Below, one piece after another: positions 11,623 through 25,677 of a stretch of 64,000 nt of DNA. Below the pieces are notes generated by a model. The model was not told where the DNA came from. It saw only the letters and a list, made by a program, of their open reading frames with translations, and did no database searches. Numbering within the stretch: position 1 is the first letter of the stretch; every line of letters starts with the position of its first letter. The stretch comes from Moniliella sp. 'wahieum'. Lineage: Eukaryota. The position numbers and the translations under genes were made by a program. The DNA lies in contig RSEE01000009.1 of assembly GCA_003971905.1 (NCBI GenBank), forward strand, positions 558,001-622,000. The letters run 5' to 3'.

Positions 11623-12749
11623 ACGGCGTGATGGGTCCGAGATGGAAGATATAGGTAGCCCACTCTCATGGAAATCGAAATGTGTTAATCCCCGAGCTTT
11701 GATTGTTAGCCCATCATATTGTGGATCATGGGGGGTGGTTGTCCTTTTATCTGGACCTGACATTCGTCTGAGTATTACAGCAATGAAGCAATGATTCGGG
11801 CACCACCCATTCCCACCGCCAAACAGTTAGGGCGAGCAGTTCGCATGCGGCTTATCTGATGCTGTTCCTCATGATAGGCGGCGCGAGATTATTCGACGCG
11901 GGTTTGCTTCAACGCCCACACTAAACTGATGAGAAAGCATCAGCGATGATGCCCGCGTCCCACCAACTGGTATAGGGGGAACACCTACTCTCAGTTCAAA
12001 CCAATGAATTCCCAGCATTATTGAACCTCTCCAGTTGAGGGTATTCAACAAGGAAAAGGAGAGGTGCCACAGAGTAGGTGTGGCTAACGTCAATTTTCAG
12101 CTGAATATTACATCTCTATTATTGGAAAGACAGATTGTCCAGACTATTTTTGTCGCTGGAGTAGTGGAAGGAAACGGTGTGTTTGAAGTGGACTTGCATG
12201 GGTAACAGTGGATCAATAGGCCCCAATAGTACAGCGAGATTGAATATGGAATGAGCACAAAAGCCATACTTTTGTATACTCTCCTTATAGGAGAAACTAT
12301 AGACAGAGAGCCACAGGCGAAGGGTTGCGGCTTTTCGCGATCATGGGATGGACACAGGGGAAGAACGCGTGCTGAGGGTTTGGACAGTCAGATAGTGACG
12401 ATGATGGCTCACTGCAAGATCGTGCATGAATCCTGATGTGGTGGTATCCAAGAAGCACTTGCTGTGCTTCAGAAGCGAGAAAAACAGCGCACAAGACCCG
12501 ACCCGACGGAGTACGGCCGAGTATGGCGGAGCTCGTGTATCGGCGATGCCAAAGTTTCAACATACGCTGTAACGGCGTTTAACTTGAACATTGAATATTG
12601 ACCGTTCACGTTCACGCGCCCTGATTAATCTGATTCATCGTTCATCTGAACGTTCAACGCCAGCCGCCTCGGCCTGATTGACAGCCGGTGGTCCCCACAT
12701 CCTTTCACGAGTCACTCCATCTCCTTCCGTCTTGCTTGCGACCACGACC

Positions 12750-14283
12750 ATGGCTGGCTCAGCCCTGATGGTCAACGGGCTCGGTGCAAGCCTAGGCAGC
12801 CTTGAAAGCAGCACCGCCCCCTCTCCACACCATCCATCGCTGCACCCTGTACGCCACCCGCACCCGCCATCGCAGCAACAGTGCAACGGCTCATCTCGCG
12901 CGCATCGCGAGCGTTTGTGGTGCACCAGCAATGGGCCAAGCTCTGGTTGGCGCCGAACTTGCCTTCCTCCAGGCCACGTCTGATCCCTCGACCCCTGCTG
13001 CCGCAAGTATAACCCCGGAGCTGGCGGCGCGCCTCGCGCTCTGCGTCTCACGTGCTATGCGACGACCTATCCCACTCGTGCTTCACTGGTCCAGACCTTG
13101 CGCAGTTCCACTCCACTACACCTGAATGTCCCTTCGAACGTGTCGGATGACCAGGTGCGTGCCGCTAGGGAATCAGCTGCCAAGTTACTGACAAGGCCCA
13201 GTATGCAATCCTTGCCCATCTATGGAATGACACCCTGCTCCTTTTTGCGCCCCCCATATCATCGACCATGATGCGATCATTCCTACCCCAGCTACGCAGC
13301 GGGCGCCATCGCACATCCCCCAAAGTGCTGTGGTGGCCTGTGTTACTCGCTGCTCTGAGTTTGGGTGATGCGGCACCATCGCCCTCCAAGCCGCAATCGC
13401 TTACTGCTTCCACAGATGGGCCCATGGGCTCCTACCGCGCTGCACGGCACATGTCAGAGGCCTATCTGGGAGCCATGAGCGACGCAGAAGAAGACAAGGC
13501 CGGTGGATATGCGCGGATTGTTGAGTTGTACGCGGTGGAGGTGCTGGGGAAGCGAATGGCCGAGTGGGAGTATGCATGGGAAGTTGTCCGTTTCTCCCGT
13601 CTCCCTGAGGGCGAGGAAGAGCAAGAACAGGAGGCACAGGATGGAGCACAACAAGTCATGACAAAAAGCAGGCTTCAGTCTCTCCTTGCCTCCCCAAAGA
13701 ACATGGTTCATCCTTGGATCGGGAGAAAAAGTCAAATTGGCTGCGGCGCGGGTTCAAGCGGCGGTGGCCGACGAACAGGCAAGAAGATCTGAGGAGCTTG
13801 CCCTTTCGGCTTCGGTTGCTGCCAAGGCTGCCATTGCGAGCACCCATCTCTGCGCCCAGCCGGTCAACAACATCTTCCTGCTCCGACCCAGCCCTCGGCC
13901 AAAAACGATAGCGTCCCACGTTCGCCCCCTGGCAGTTTTGCCCAGAGCAGGACACCATCTCTAAAACCTGGAGCGGCACCATGCCCGGGACAGGGAACGC
14001 GACCGGAGCGAAGTCACCCCTACTGCATCAAAAGCTAGCTCCTCGCCCGCCAAGGTGGATAATAAAGTGTCGCAGACGGCACTAGCCAAGGTTCTTGCCC
14101 GGTGGGGGCCGTTTGTGCCCGCTCTCGTGCCCCTTGTTGGCATTGTGTTGGCGATCATCTGGCGACTCCGTCGGCGCCCGCCTCCTCCGGACCAACCTTA
14201 CCTCCCTCGCGCTCCATTTTCGCCAACGCCTGGCGGCCGTGTGGGACACACTGAGGATGGGGACCCAGGTTACCTACCTCTAG
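12750..14283 (+). CDS. PEX26: Peroxin-26-like tail-anchored protein
   Basis: YARIVELYAVEVLG..EWEYAWE resembles the fungal Pex26 core. C-terminal TM (PLVGIVLAIIWRLRRR) is followed by VWDTLRMGTQVTYL-stop, like fungal Pex26 termini. Recognition from memory only. Confidence 0.6.
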
Positions 14284-15291
14284 GGCGCAGTCTTCTTTGT
14301 CCCCTGGTCTAAGCAAACACATTTCTGACGCTGTTGAACGTTGACTATGCGAATGTACAAAGTCTGCCCTTCAAACTGTCATGTTGTGGCCCACTCTCCA
14401 TGAGTCCTATTGGGCGCGCTTGACTTGTATGGCCTACCCCATGAAATACATTGCCTAGATGTGAACGATCCAAGTGAGTGTGAAGAGAATGCCTGTTATG
14501 ATAGGCTTGTTGATGAGAAAGAGGCCTTCAAGTTAGCGTACACGCCTTAGGGTACTAAGCAATCAGTTGAACGCCAGTCGGGCCTTGGGGCTGCTCTGAT
14601 CATTGCCGGAATGCCCGCGGTAGCAAAGGATACGAGTGTCTTATCTTGAGGACGGCGGGGTGAAGCACCGAAACGACGGCTGCCTTAGGAATGCCTTTTG
14701 TTTGGGTAGAGGGGTAGGTGCAAGGCCCCGGCCATCCAGTCCAGAACGGTAGCAAGCACCGGATTAGCTCCAAGGGCGACCCACCCACCAGGCGGGCGAC
14801 TGGAAGTGGCTGGTGGCCACACCCACCCCGCTTCCGCGGGGGAGCGGCCAGCTGGGACACTGACGAGCACTGGTTCTGCCGGCCGCCGGCCGGCGACGGA
14901 CCCTGAAATTTGAAATGGCCATCCTAGTCGAAACACTGGTGGTAAGGCCGGTAACCGTTACAGGTAACCACGGTGGCGATCACTGGTCACCGGTCACCAA
15001 TCACCGTACCTGGCTGGCGGCCGCTCGGTCCCCCCCCTTGACCGCCCCACCATCAACACAATCTCTGCTGCTCCGGGCATATCTGCCGGCCTTCTTTTGT
15101 AACCGGTGTCGCTTGGTCATTCCACTCGCTGCGCTCGTCACATCCGCCCAGTTTCCTTCTGGCCCGCGTCTCGACCTCCTGCCCCCCATTCACTCAGAGC
15201 GGCCCAGCTCCCCTGCGCTCCATATCTGGGCCTGAGTCATTCGGTGCCAGAACTAGCAATACTTGCCCTTTCGTCCCCCCCCTCCCACCAT

Positions 15292-18159
15292 ATGCCGTCC
15301 CCACCCAATTCGCACCGCAACAAGCGCGCCCGCTTTGCGCAGTTGCACTCGGAACCCCGCGGGCGGCTGCCCCATTCCTCATCAACCCCACCGCTGATGC
15401 CCATGGAGGGTTCCTCTACCTTCTCTCAGCCTCGGCCCTCCATCTCCGCCTCACCATCCGGAAAACGCATATTTTCTGAGGAGGAAAGCTCAAGGGAAGG
15501 CGGGGAAAGGCCTTCTGAACTGGGCCACTCTGCAGTTTGCCCACCGCCCTCTTCCCCTTCGTCCTTCTCGTCTCTCTCGGGAGACGATCCTGGCGGGGAT
15601 CAGCCCGATGCTCCTACTCCTCCGTATCCACAATCTTCTCGTGATTTTCGCCCGGGAAGTGCTTTAGGCGCACAAGAATATCTTCGATTGACGTTGCAGA
15701 CTTTGAGGGGACTGGGCCTTTCCAAGGCGGTCTCCGCGCTTGAGGCCGAATCGGGTGTACAGGAAGAGAGCCTGCTAATCATTCACTTCCGTGCGTTCGC
15801 GCTGGCAGGACAGTGGCGACGTGCTCTATGGGCATTAAAGAAAGCGTTGATCGACTGGGTGGAACGCCAGAACCAAGATCAGCCTGTGGCAGGATCCTAC
15901 AATGAGGACCGCAAGTCCGGATGCGCCGGCCCATCTACGTCTCAGATACCCTTGCCTGCTAATTATATCGAAAAGAGAACTTCAGCATCCCCGCCTTCTG
16001 TTCCGGGCAAGTTCTCAATGGCAATGCGCGACCCCTCGAGAGGATGGACTGTATGTGGACGGCCTCCCCCTTGTATTTAATCCATTCGACTGACGTCTTC
16101 GCCAGCACATCAAGCTTCTCATTTACCAACAACTCTACCTTGAGCTATTGGAGTCTGGGGATCGGACCCGTTCATTGCATCTGTTGCGCATCCACATTAT
16201 CCCCCTGATCTCTGATTATGAGCAGGTACGATGGTGGTCTGGGTACGTACTTTGTATCTTTGCTTCCAGCACTCTATTCCTCCACCCCCCCTGACCTCTA
16301 TTTTTTCACAGGTTGATGTTGTGCACTACGTCGGAGGAACTCCGGGCCAAAGCAAGTGGTTGGGAGGGGGTATGTCGATCAAGCCGAGAGCGGGTATTGG
16401 ATCAGATTGCGGGTGAGTGGTCCAATCTACTGGTACTCGTTTATTCTGCTGACATTTGATACTCCAGACATACTCCTTCCATCTATCATGCTCCCTTCGC
16501 ATCGTATGAATACGTTACTGGAGCGAGCACTTGCGTATCAGCGCAGTGGGTGGGGCGATGAGCCTTCTGCTAATAATGCCGATTCGGCCTTGTCCCTGTG
16601 TATCGACGCGGGTGTGGAAAAGCCGGAACTGCCTGATCGATGCCTGCAAGTGCTCTGCCCTCCCTCTTCAGCAGGCAGTGCTCATGAGATATGGGTCGTT
16701 ACGTTTTCCCCTGATGGAAAATGGCTCGTCAGTGGAGGACGCGATCGAAAGGTGTCGCTCTACCTCTTGGGCGATGGGCGCTACGACCTTGTTGGCTTTC
16801 TTGGAACGTATCCTTCACCCGTAATCGCCCTTGCATGGTCGCCCGACAGCTTGCATTTGGTGGTGGGCAGTGATCCGGGGATACACCTGTATCATTTGGT
16901 CCAGGCCTTGGTTTGACGGGCAAACCCCTGAGACCGGTACATGGGCATACGGTGAGCGCCATTACATGGCTCCCTTCGGGCAAAGGCTTTATCACAGGCG
17001 CTAAGGACGAAAAGCTTATGTTTTGGAGCAGTGATGGTCGTCACTTGGCCAACTGGTTCATCACTCCCTTTCGTGTATTGGGGCTTGATATTTCCAAAGA
17101 CGAGTCCCGTTTGGTCGTATCCAGCTACGAAAATACGGCTCCATCATCCCTCTCTGACACAAGGAACGAAATGAGGGAATCGCCCAGCAACCCCGCCATC
17201 TTCCCTTGTCCTATGCTATCCAGTGATACTCCACTTTTTGCGGTTGCCGCGGCCGGCCGTACCTCATCATCCGAGGAGCCGACCTCTGATACGGTGATGA
17301 TCTTTCCAGATGAACATGATGGGGTGGACTACGGGCTGGAACCTGCTGGAGGGGCGCCGCCTCTTTCCTTCGAGCAGGATGGGTACCTATCAACTTCCCC
17401 CCCTAATGTACCCGGGTCCAGTAGCCATCAGACCATCCAGCGATTCAAACTCGCCGTGTTTGATTTGTCACGCAACATGGAGCAAGATCGACTCTTTCTG
17501 AAAGACGAGGTGAGCAGCGTTCGCTTTGCCTCCGATTCGCGTCATGTACTCACGTCGCATTTGGACAATGCGGCACGGTTGTGGGATTTGGGACCTGCCG
17601 GACAAAATGTGCCCATGTCGCTCGTCGTCCGGTATGAGCAACATGCGTGTCTCAATCATCATGTACACAACTGCTTTGGCGGCGCAGAAGAACAGTTTGT
17701 TGTTGTGGGAAGCGAAGGTACATCTACTCTATTCTCTTTTGCCCGACTTGACTAACCCTCATTTTGTATTCAGATTCTCGGGCTCACATTTATGATCGCT
17801 CGACCGGACGGCATCTTGGCGCACTGGTTGGCCATCGATCTGGCACGGTGAACTCTGTAGCACGGCACCCTACGTGTCCGTCTTTGCTGGCTTCAGCGGG
17901 AGACGATGGGACAGTGCGGCTCTGGGCGCCAGAGGGTAAAAATCCTTTGGCTGCGGTTGCTTCCGATCCTCATGTTGACCTGCTTGCTACGGCACTCAAG
18001 TTGGAGGCCGCCTATCCTGCACGGGATAGTACGAAGCCATCCTTTCCCCCTCAACACCTCTCTTCAGCTCCCAACCCATCCTTCGGCCGCAGTTCCCTTG
18101 CCACCGCCGACCGCAATGCGGCTCCCCGTTGGTCCCACGCGCGCACGACGTTTTTGTAG
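15292..18159 (+). CDS. GID7: LisH/CTLH WD40 protein of the GID/CTLH E3 complex (Gid7/WDR26 family)
   Basis: LisH EYLRLTLQTLRGLGLSKAVSALEAESG; CTLH FRAFALAGQW; MLPSHRMNTLLERALAYQ; WD40 repeats (HEIWVVTFSPDGKWLVSGGRD, CFGGAEEQFVVVGSE, LASAGDDGTVRLW). Confidence 0.85.
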
Positions 18160-19269
18160 GTATCGAGCCTCCCTCCCTGTTGCCCGAAGGTTTGGCTCGC
18201 CGTGCCAATGCGCTCGACATTGACCGCGAAAGCATCTTCTCCATGGGTTCGGACTCGAGTCTATTTGGAAACGAGGTGCCAGGGGAGTGGTAGTGCGGTG
18301 ATTCCTTGGCCCCTCCCTTCTTGTACACTGTCGTCCTCTTTCCATTCGATTATTATATCCCAAACCGTCGCTGCAGCCATCTGTGATGCTCTGTCTCCCC
18401 AGCTAGGCTTGGTATCGGTGGGTATATCAGCGCCGCACGCGGTGGCCACTCTCGACGGATGCATGCCAGTTGTCCGTATTCAATCCGTTCCGTGTCAGAA
18501 TATGATCAAGTGGGTAATGGGAAGCGCATTGACCACGACAGATGGGTGACACTGTGATTAGCTTCATCCGTCTGCGGGACTTTGATGGACACAGTCTGCT
18601 ACTACTGCCCAAATGCGGGGCTCGGTCTCGATGCAGACGAGCCAAGTGGACAGTACGAACAGAAAGTCAGCCGCCGCACGCGACAAAAAATCCCAGACGG
18701 ACCCTGAGGCCTGACCGAGGAAACGCTCGCCGTTTTGAGAAATGGCAATCGTTTTGGCGAGCAGCTCGCCATTCAGACAAAGGCATCGCCAATGAACTCC
18801 AGAGGCCACATCTATGGACGGTTGGCCGGGCGCGCTGCAGGCGCAGACAAAGGGAAGCAGCGGTGGTGCGAGTGGTGGCGCTGTTGAGTTGCCCGTGGTG
18901 CGGCCAGCGGCGTGTGCTAGGGCTGCCCCACCGACTGGTGTGGCTCGCGGCTCGCGGCTGCTCGTGAGGGTTGGGGCTGGACGAGCACTGGTCAATATGT
19001 ATTGTTCAATGTTCTACTGCACTGGCCCCGTGCGGGTGAACATCATGCACACCAATCACGCTGAAACGTTTTTGTGGAGCACTCGGGTTGAACGTTCAAC
19101 GTTGAACCCTGCTGAGTCGCATCGCGCGGCAGTGGCAAGTTGCCGCCCTCACCGCTTACGCAATATGCCCGCTGAGCCGCCACGCCAAGGACGCCGCAGA
19201 AAGTCTACCACTTTCTCGACCCCATCCACGCCCTGCCTCCTCGCACACTTCCACCCTCGCTGACCACAG

Positions 19270-19831
19270 ATGCGCGTATCGTTCGTGTCAGTTGCGCTTG
19301 CGGCGCTGATGTTTAGCGCCTCTGCGTCCGCCGTGTTGGCTGCCCAACCCTTGTCCTCTGCCCAGCCTGCATCCAGCAGCGCGGCCCCGGCCTCTGGGCA
19401 GGCCTCGGCATCTGGCTCTGCTTCGGCCTCTCCTCGGGCTCGGCATCGGGGGCCGCATCGGGGTCTGCCTCAGGTTCAGTATCAGCCTCCGCCTCGCCCT
19501 CTGGGTCGGGCTCAGCATCTGCTGTGTCGGGATCATCGGCTTCTGGTTCGTATAAAGGCCATCTTTCTCTCATCTGGACATGGGACTGACTCCTGGATCT
19601 GGCAGCATCCTCTGCCTCTTCCTCCTCCACCCCCCCACCCCAACCACGCTGGCCACTGCATCCGACATTACGTCTGGCAACTTGGCCGGCACTGCCGTCG
19701 CGCCTGCTCCCGGCGGCACCAACGGTGGACCCAACGACAAGTACCACATCAATCCCGCTGCCTCGTTGAGCGCGCATGCCCTTGCTTTCGCAGGAGTTGG
19801 GGTGGCGGCGGGATCTTACCTGCTTTTCTAA
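19270..19831 (+). CDS. Small Ser/Ala/Gly-rich secreted, probably GPI-anchored, cell-surface protein
   Basis: Signal peptide MRVSFVSVALAALMFSASASA; S/A/G-rich body; intron ~19546-19604; hydrophobic C-terminus ALAFAGVGVAAGSYLLF. Confidence 0.75.
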
Positions 19832-20811
19832 CTCAGAGCATACCACCTCTTCACCGTTGTGCTGATAGAGCACATAGCTCTGCGCACCGACTGCCATGCA
19901 CCGCCTTTACCCCCATGGACTACCCGCCCCCCCTTACTTATGCTTCTGCTGTAAGAGTGTCATTCGATCCCTTCCCTCCCTCCCCCTCCCCCGCCCTCTG
20001 GCTTAGGGTTACCCCTCACCGAGACTGTTCGGAAAGTGTCCAGTATCCTGCTCGTTGCTCCGTTTGGTTCTCTTTTACCCATGTGCTCCCTCCGTCTTGG
20101 CCATGAGCCAGTCGGTTCTATCCGGCTGTTTCTCCTCCTATTGCATCTGCCACGTCACTATTGGGATACTCGCTCTGTCCAGAACCTTTGTCGTAGTTGA
20201 TCCCAGCTATCCTTTCCCTTGAATGTATAGGCGTAAGGCCCACCGGCCCCCCATGGATGGTCACGAATCTCTCTCCGACCCTATCGCCTGGAACATGATC
20301 ACCTTGTAGTCAAGAACCCCAGGAATGGCCTCAAGTGGGTGGCGACCAAGGCGCATGAGACTACCATTAGACGCGGGGGTGCGAGCTACTGGGAAGACGG
20401 AGCGCCACCGCGTCATCATGTATCATCCACCTTCGTCCGGATTTCGAAGCTGGGCTTGCGTTTGGCGTGGGTGGTGTGGATTTGGAGCGGGTGGTGGTGT
20501 CAAAATGAATGAGGATGCGTGATGCGTCGCATGATGCATGACACAGGTGTCCAGGCTGGGAGGACGCGTGGCAGCTGGCAGCTGCGATCTGCTGAGATGC
20601 TGAGCCTCAGCTGCGACACACCGGGGTTCGGACTTCGGAATTCGGAGTTGAGCGAAAGAGCAGCGCCATGCCAGCGCCGCATGGCCTTTTGTCACCTCAG
20701 ATCTCATTACTCCCACCATCATCAGCCCCGACTTGGTATATAAATACCTGGGTTCAACCCCCAATCCGCATTCTCTTTCGACTCCTTACCACTTCCCGCA
20801 CTGCCTTCCAT

Positions 20812-21999
20812 ATGTCCGAGTGGCGCGTTGCGACCTTCGACGCTGATCAGTACTTTTCTGTCCGCCCCCGCTATGGCCAAGGTTGGGGCGACCTCCTCGC
20901 GGCTTACCATGGCCAGTTGGACCCAAACCCCAACATGGCACCGACGCTACATTCCAACCCCATCAATCGCAGTGGGATACCGCCATCGACCTGGGCTGTG
21001 GCCCAGGCACTTTTACCTACCCCCTAGCCAAGTGGTTTACTCACACCATTGGCGTCGATCCGTCCCACCAGATGCTTCAATCGGCCACATCTGTCGACCC
21101 AGTCAAGCATCTCCACCTCCCTGCTGTTCCTCCCGGCCACACTGTCAAATTTGTCGAGGGAGGGGGGGAGCACGTTCCCACTCCAGATAAGAGTGTGGAT
21201 ATGGTAAGTCCCACTATCGTATGAATAGGGCGCAGCAAACTGACTCGGTCTTCTGCTGCAGCTAACATCCATCTCAGCCATTCATTGGATCAACTGGAAG
21301 AAACAGCCCAACCCATGGTACGACTGGGCCCGTGTACTCAAGCCAGGGGGAAGCTCCATTCATGTCGCCAGCACTATATTTATCATGGTCGACAAGCCTG
21401 TGGCCAACAAAGTCATCAGAGACTTTTGTCTCGATCCGAACGGCCTAGGGCCCTACTGGCACACGGGTGGGCCTTTGGAGCCCTTGAGCCTGACTTCATC
21501 GTTATTAGCTACGTTGCCAGCGCCACCTGAGGACCTATATGACCCCAATGCCACGGTCCACGTGACCCTCGGCGCGAGTCCCGACCTATTTGGTTCTCCC
21601 ACGTTGACCAAAAGTGCTCCGCAGTGGTTGCAGGCCGCCTTGGCCCAGACTCTGGGCATCAAAGCCACACCCGATGGCTCTTTCCCCATCAGTCCCAATC
21701 ACCTTCCCTGGCTCGCCGCGCAAGTTTGCTGGGTGATGCGGTCCATGTCGGCATTTGTTCGCTTCCTGGACGAGCATCCAGAGGAGCGGGAGCGGGCCAA
21801 ACACGATGAAGATTCGGCGGCACTGTGTGTCAAGGCGGCAATTGAAACGCAAGCCAAGGCGGATGCTGTTGCCGCTGGACACGCGGATCATGTAGATCAC
21901 TTGACTGACGAACAAATTGCCCCATATCGGATCGGCTTTGATGATCCGCTCGTCATGGGTCAAGCTGCTGGCATCATCTTCACCCGCCGCCGTCACTGA
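20812..21999 (+). CDS. Class I SAM-dependent methyltransferase (Crg1/Tmt1-like)
   Basis: FDADQYFSVRPRY, motif I AIDLGCGPG, IGVDPSHQML, SVDM, intron ~21204-21260, AIHW. Confidence 0.85.
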
Positions 22000-22777
22000 A
22001 TTGCACATGAGCCTGAGTTCCATCATACCTCGTCTCTTTCCTCCTTTCCAGGCATAGGGATCCATGCAATGCAAAAAATATGAGCATGAAGGAAGATGCG
22101 GCGATGTTCAACCCCTCAGGACCAATAGAATTTTGGGGCTGATCGGCGTGCCTCCAATGGCCTGGGGACAGGATAACAATATGATTGCGTGGGAAGATCA
22201 AATCAAGATTCTGTCCTTGTTAATGTAGTCTCGGACAGGAAGAAAGGCATACACCGCATCAGTGAGTAGGGCCAATCCGGGCGCACAGGGACAGCGTGTA
22301 TTGACCTAATGAGGCACGGTTTGGCCAGAAGAGGGTGCGGAGGCGATGTGACGACGAAAGAAGAGGCGCGTAGGGAAAGAAGGCACTTCATACAGACCCA
22401 AATGGACTAACAATTGGCGGCCGCCGGACTTCAGATTTGCAAATAGCGAAGGGGTGGTGGTGGGAATGCGAGATTGGCTATAGAAACTTCTGATGCTGAT
22501 AGCGTTAAAATGCGCACAACGTGGCTTGGGCGATGTGGGTGCGTGACGGTGATGGGTCACGTGTCTCTTGTTTAAGTTTGTGAATATTGCAGCCTGGGGC
22601 CTGTGCGCAGCAGGGCAGCAAAGTCCAGCGGTGAGCATCACTGGTACGCGCATGTGCGCCCAATCTCCGATTGAACTATGGATCCACCCAAAAAGATGCT
22701 GGTTCGTCTTGGATTCCGTGCCGCCACCATCTTTCCACCCTGCCTCCTTCCATCTCATTCCCCCCCTCTTCCTTGGG

Positions 22778-24678
22778 ATGATCCTGGACTCAGTTTCACT
22801 CAACCAACCCCCCATTAAACCGGAGAAGACGGTACATGTATACACTGGCGCCGATGGGCACGCCCAGGTCCAGTACGTCTCCTGCGCCCAACATGTCCGT
22901 TCCCTCTAACTGCTGGCCAGGCTGTTTACCCCTCCACAGTTGGTTCCAACGTACATGGGCGGTACACAGGAACGCAGTCGCGGTGCGATTCAGGGGCGGG
23001 TTTTGTACACACCCAAGAGCATGGCCGACAAGGTGTCCCGCATCTCCATCAAGGTGAAGTGTGCTGTGCTGGTACGCACGCCTGTGGCCAAAGCACAAGC
23101 AACTGGTTCTGCAATCATTACAGACCGAAACCCCGAACTGGAGAAAGTTCAAGAGAGAGAAATTTTACTGCTCCAAATGGGGGAGACCGTTTATGTGGCC
23201 AATGATGTGAAGGATGCCCTCCGGAAGCCAGGGGACAAGTTTTCCATCCCCGTACTGCGGTTGCCAACTTGCCGCACGCTAGTCTGCTGTCTGAGGGCAA
23301 TACAGCCGCCTTTGGGTTCAAATTGGAATTGCCGCGCAACGACTTGAAGATGGGGGATCCGCTTCCGCCCTCGTTCGTTTTGTCTTCAGGTGAGCAGAGC
23401 CCAGGACCCTCAGCAGCTGATGCAAAGCTCGTCCAAGGGGGGACTTTTGGGTCGGAGCAAAGATATTTTGACTTTTAACCAAAAAGCCCATTCACCCGCT
23501 CCTGATCGGCACCATTGGGTAAGCATCAAGTGGTATGTCAAAGTGACTATTGGCCGACCTGGGATCCTTAATGAGAATGATCGTATCTTGATTCCTTTTC
23601 AATTTCTCCCTCCTCCTCCCTCGGATGCTGCAGCCGTTGCCACGATGCGCTCCCTCATGGGTGTGGAGCTGCGAGAGAACAAGCTTTTCGACGACCTCGT
23701 GGAACCGTCTCATACGTGGCATACATTCTCTGTCGGTCCTGAAAGACCTGATCCGGCCAGCTCACGACGAGGGTTCTTTACCATCTTTACCCGACAGAAG
23801 ATGGTCCCGTCCGCGTGGTCATTGAGTATGCCTCATCCACCAAGCCCATTTACCGTCCAGGGGTCTATTCCATTCACCATCATATCTACTGAGAAATCCA
23901 GCAATGGCAGCACCCCCCCCTTGCGGTTGCTTTTTATCGAAGAATATCCATCATCCGTCGTAAGGACCCTCATGCTGTGGATGAGCGGGTAATGTGTGAG
24001 GCCCGCATTGCCCCTTCCCCAGCGACGGAGAAAAACCCAGATGGAAAGACCAGCTATCGTTGGAATGGGGCTTTGGACCTCCCTCCAAACGTCGGACCTT
24101 CCTTCAAGACCAAGATGGTGGAAGTAAACTACATTGGAGTAGTTGAAGCCAACCCCCCTGAACGCATTTCATCCAAGAAGAAACGCAAGAAGAGCGGGCC
24201 CTTGCCTCTCGAAGACTTTATCCACACTGTACCGGTTGACATATACTGCCTGCCTCCTCGTCTTGGTGTGAAAGAGGAAAGGCGCGGCGACGCCAGGATG
24301 CATCGAGTGCCCCCTAGGTCTGCTGCTGCCACATCGTCGTCGTTCGTACCCCCTATTACAAGGTCCGGGTCCGACCCATCCGCAGCCCCTGTCCCAGAAA
24401 AAAATGGGTCCTATTCCCACCCTCTCGCTATGCCCTCGGACAGGGCTCGCCAGCCAAGCCAAGATAACCTGTCGCATCTGAGTCCAGTTCAATCTTACGC
24501 TTTATCGGGCGCTGTTTCAGCAGGTACCGCGGCATCTTCTACACCTGCAACCAGCCTTGTTGGGCCAGATCCTAGTCTCCTGGAAGACATGGCAGGGATG
24601 CAATTGGACTTGCCTCCGTCGTATTTCGAAGCCGTGCCTTTTCGAGACCGACCGGACCATGACGACCACAGTCTTTGA
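22778..24678 (+). CDS. Arrestin-fold protein (putative alpha-arrestin / Rsp5 adaptor)
   Basis: LPPSF...SIKWYVKVTIGRPGILNENDRILIPFQFLP and PSFKTKMVEVNY are arrestin-like strands; C-terminal PPSY (PY motif); introns at ~22873-22939 and from ~23390. Confidence 0.7.
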
Positions 24679-25426
24679 TTTCTTGAGTAGTCTTGGTCGA
24701 GTGGGCTTATCTTCCTCGTGTCATACACTGATTGACCCATCACACCACATATCGGGTGAATGATGGACGTACTACAGAAAAGAGTGTGCGTTGTAGTTTT
24801 GGTTTGCTTTGTAGTGTCTTCCGACTGCATGAACGCATGAGTACCATAATGACTTAGATCCGAGGAAAGACGACTGTGCCATCTTCTCTCATCTCTCAGT
24901 GGCGCGTTTTTTCCAGATCGGCCCCTCCTGTAACAGTTGGGGCTATAGACGAGGGAGACCAAGGTCCTGTCAGAGACGGGGGAATGGCAAGATCGTTCGT
25001 GGGAAGAAACAGAAAGCATAGGGTAGAATAGAAGCAAAAAAAAAGGGAAAGCGAGAGACGCAGGATGCAGAAGAAGAATTGGAAATGACAGCCCCTGTGT
25101 AGACATTTGCGTAGTTTGCGGGGTATGGTATGGAGATTCAGCCTCTGGCCCACATTAGTCAACAATTGACTCAACAATTGACTCAGTTTAACGTTTACTC
25201 CGCAATGCGAGGAACGCAGCGACAAGCCGAAGGTTGGGCCAAGTCCTTGAATCGCAGAGGACAGTCCCGACAGGCTTTCAAATAGCCCATTCTCCTTGTT
25301 GACGTTGAACGTTGATGATCGATGGTCGATGATCTCGATGATCGGCATGCCGCCTCACTGAGTACGGCACAACCCAGCACCGGTGCGTCACTTATCACAT
25401 GGTATGCATCAAGGAGTGTGTGATAA

Positions 25427-25510
25427 TGACGTCAACGTGGCAAGCCAGGCTGTGCAGCCAAGACTGCCATGGTGCCTTGTGGCCTGAGCGAATTCGGCTG
25501 CCTGACGTCA
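25427..25510. promoter_or_regulatory. Pair of perfect CRE/ATF sites (TGACGTCA) upstream of the PB1-retropepsin-like gene
   Basis: TGACGTCA at 25427-25434 and 25503-25510, about 170-250 bp before the ATG; function is inferred. Confidence 0.45.
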
Positions 25511-25677
25511 CATGTCATACGCCCTGGGAAGCACTGCATCAGTGTAGCAGGGTATGAGCCTCAGCAAACCTGCTTGGCTGCACCATGGTCCATGTAACCC
25601 AAGTGCGAATGCCCACCGCCAACTGGCACCCACCCCCCATTCCTTTCTTCCCCTCCATCCATCTTGCTCTCTAGGCC

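Noticed and set aside
11925..11943. CTGATGA-GAAA hammerhead ribozyme core
   Set aside because: No stem II between the core halves and no stems I/III; it forms a simple CTGATG/CATCAG hairpin.
11760..12600. Candidate C/D snoRNAs between the hydrolase and the PEX26-like gene
   Set aside because: Box C matches are imperfect, with no terminal stem or recognisable rRNA guide.
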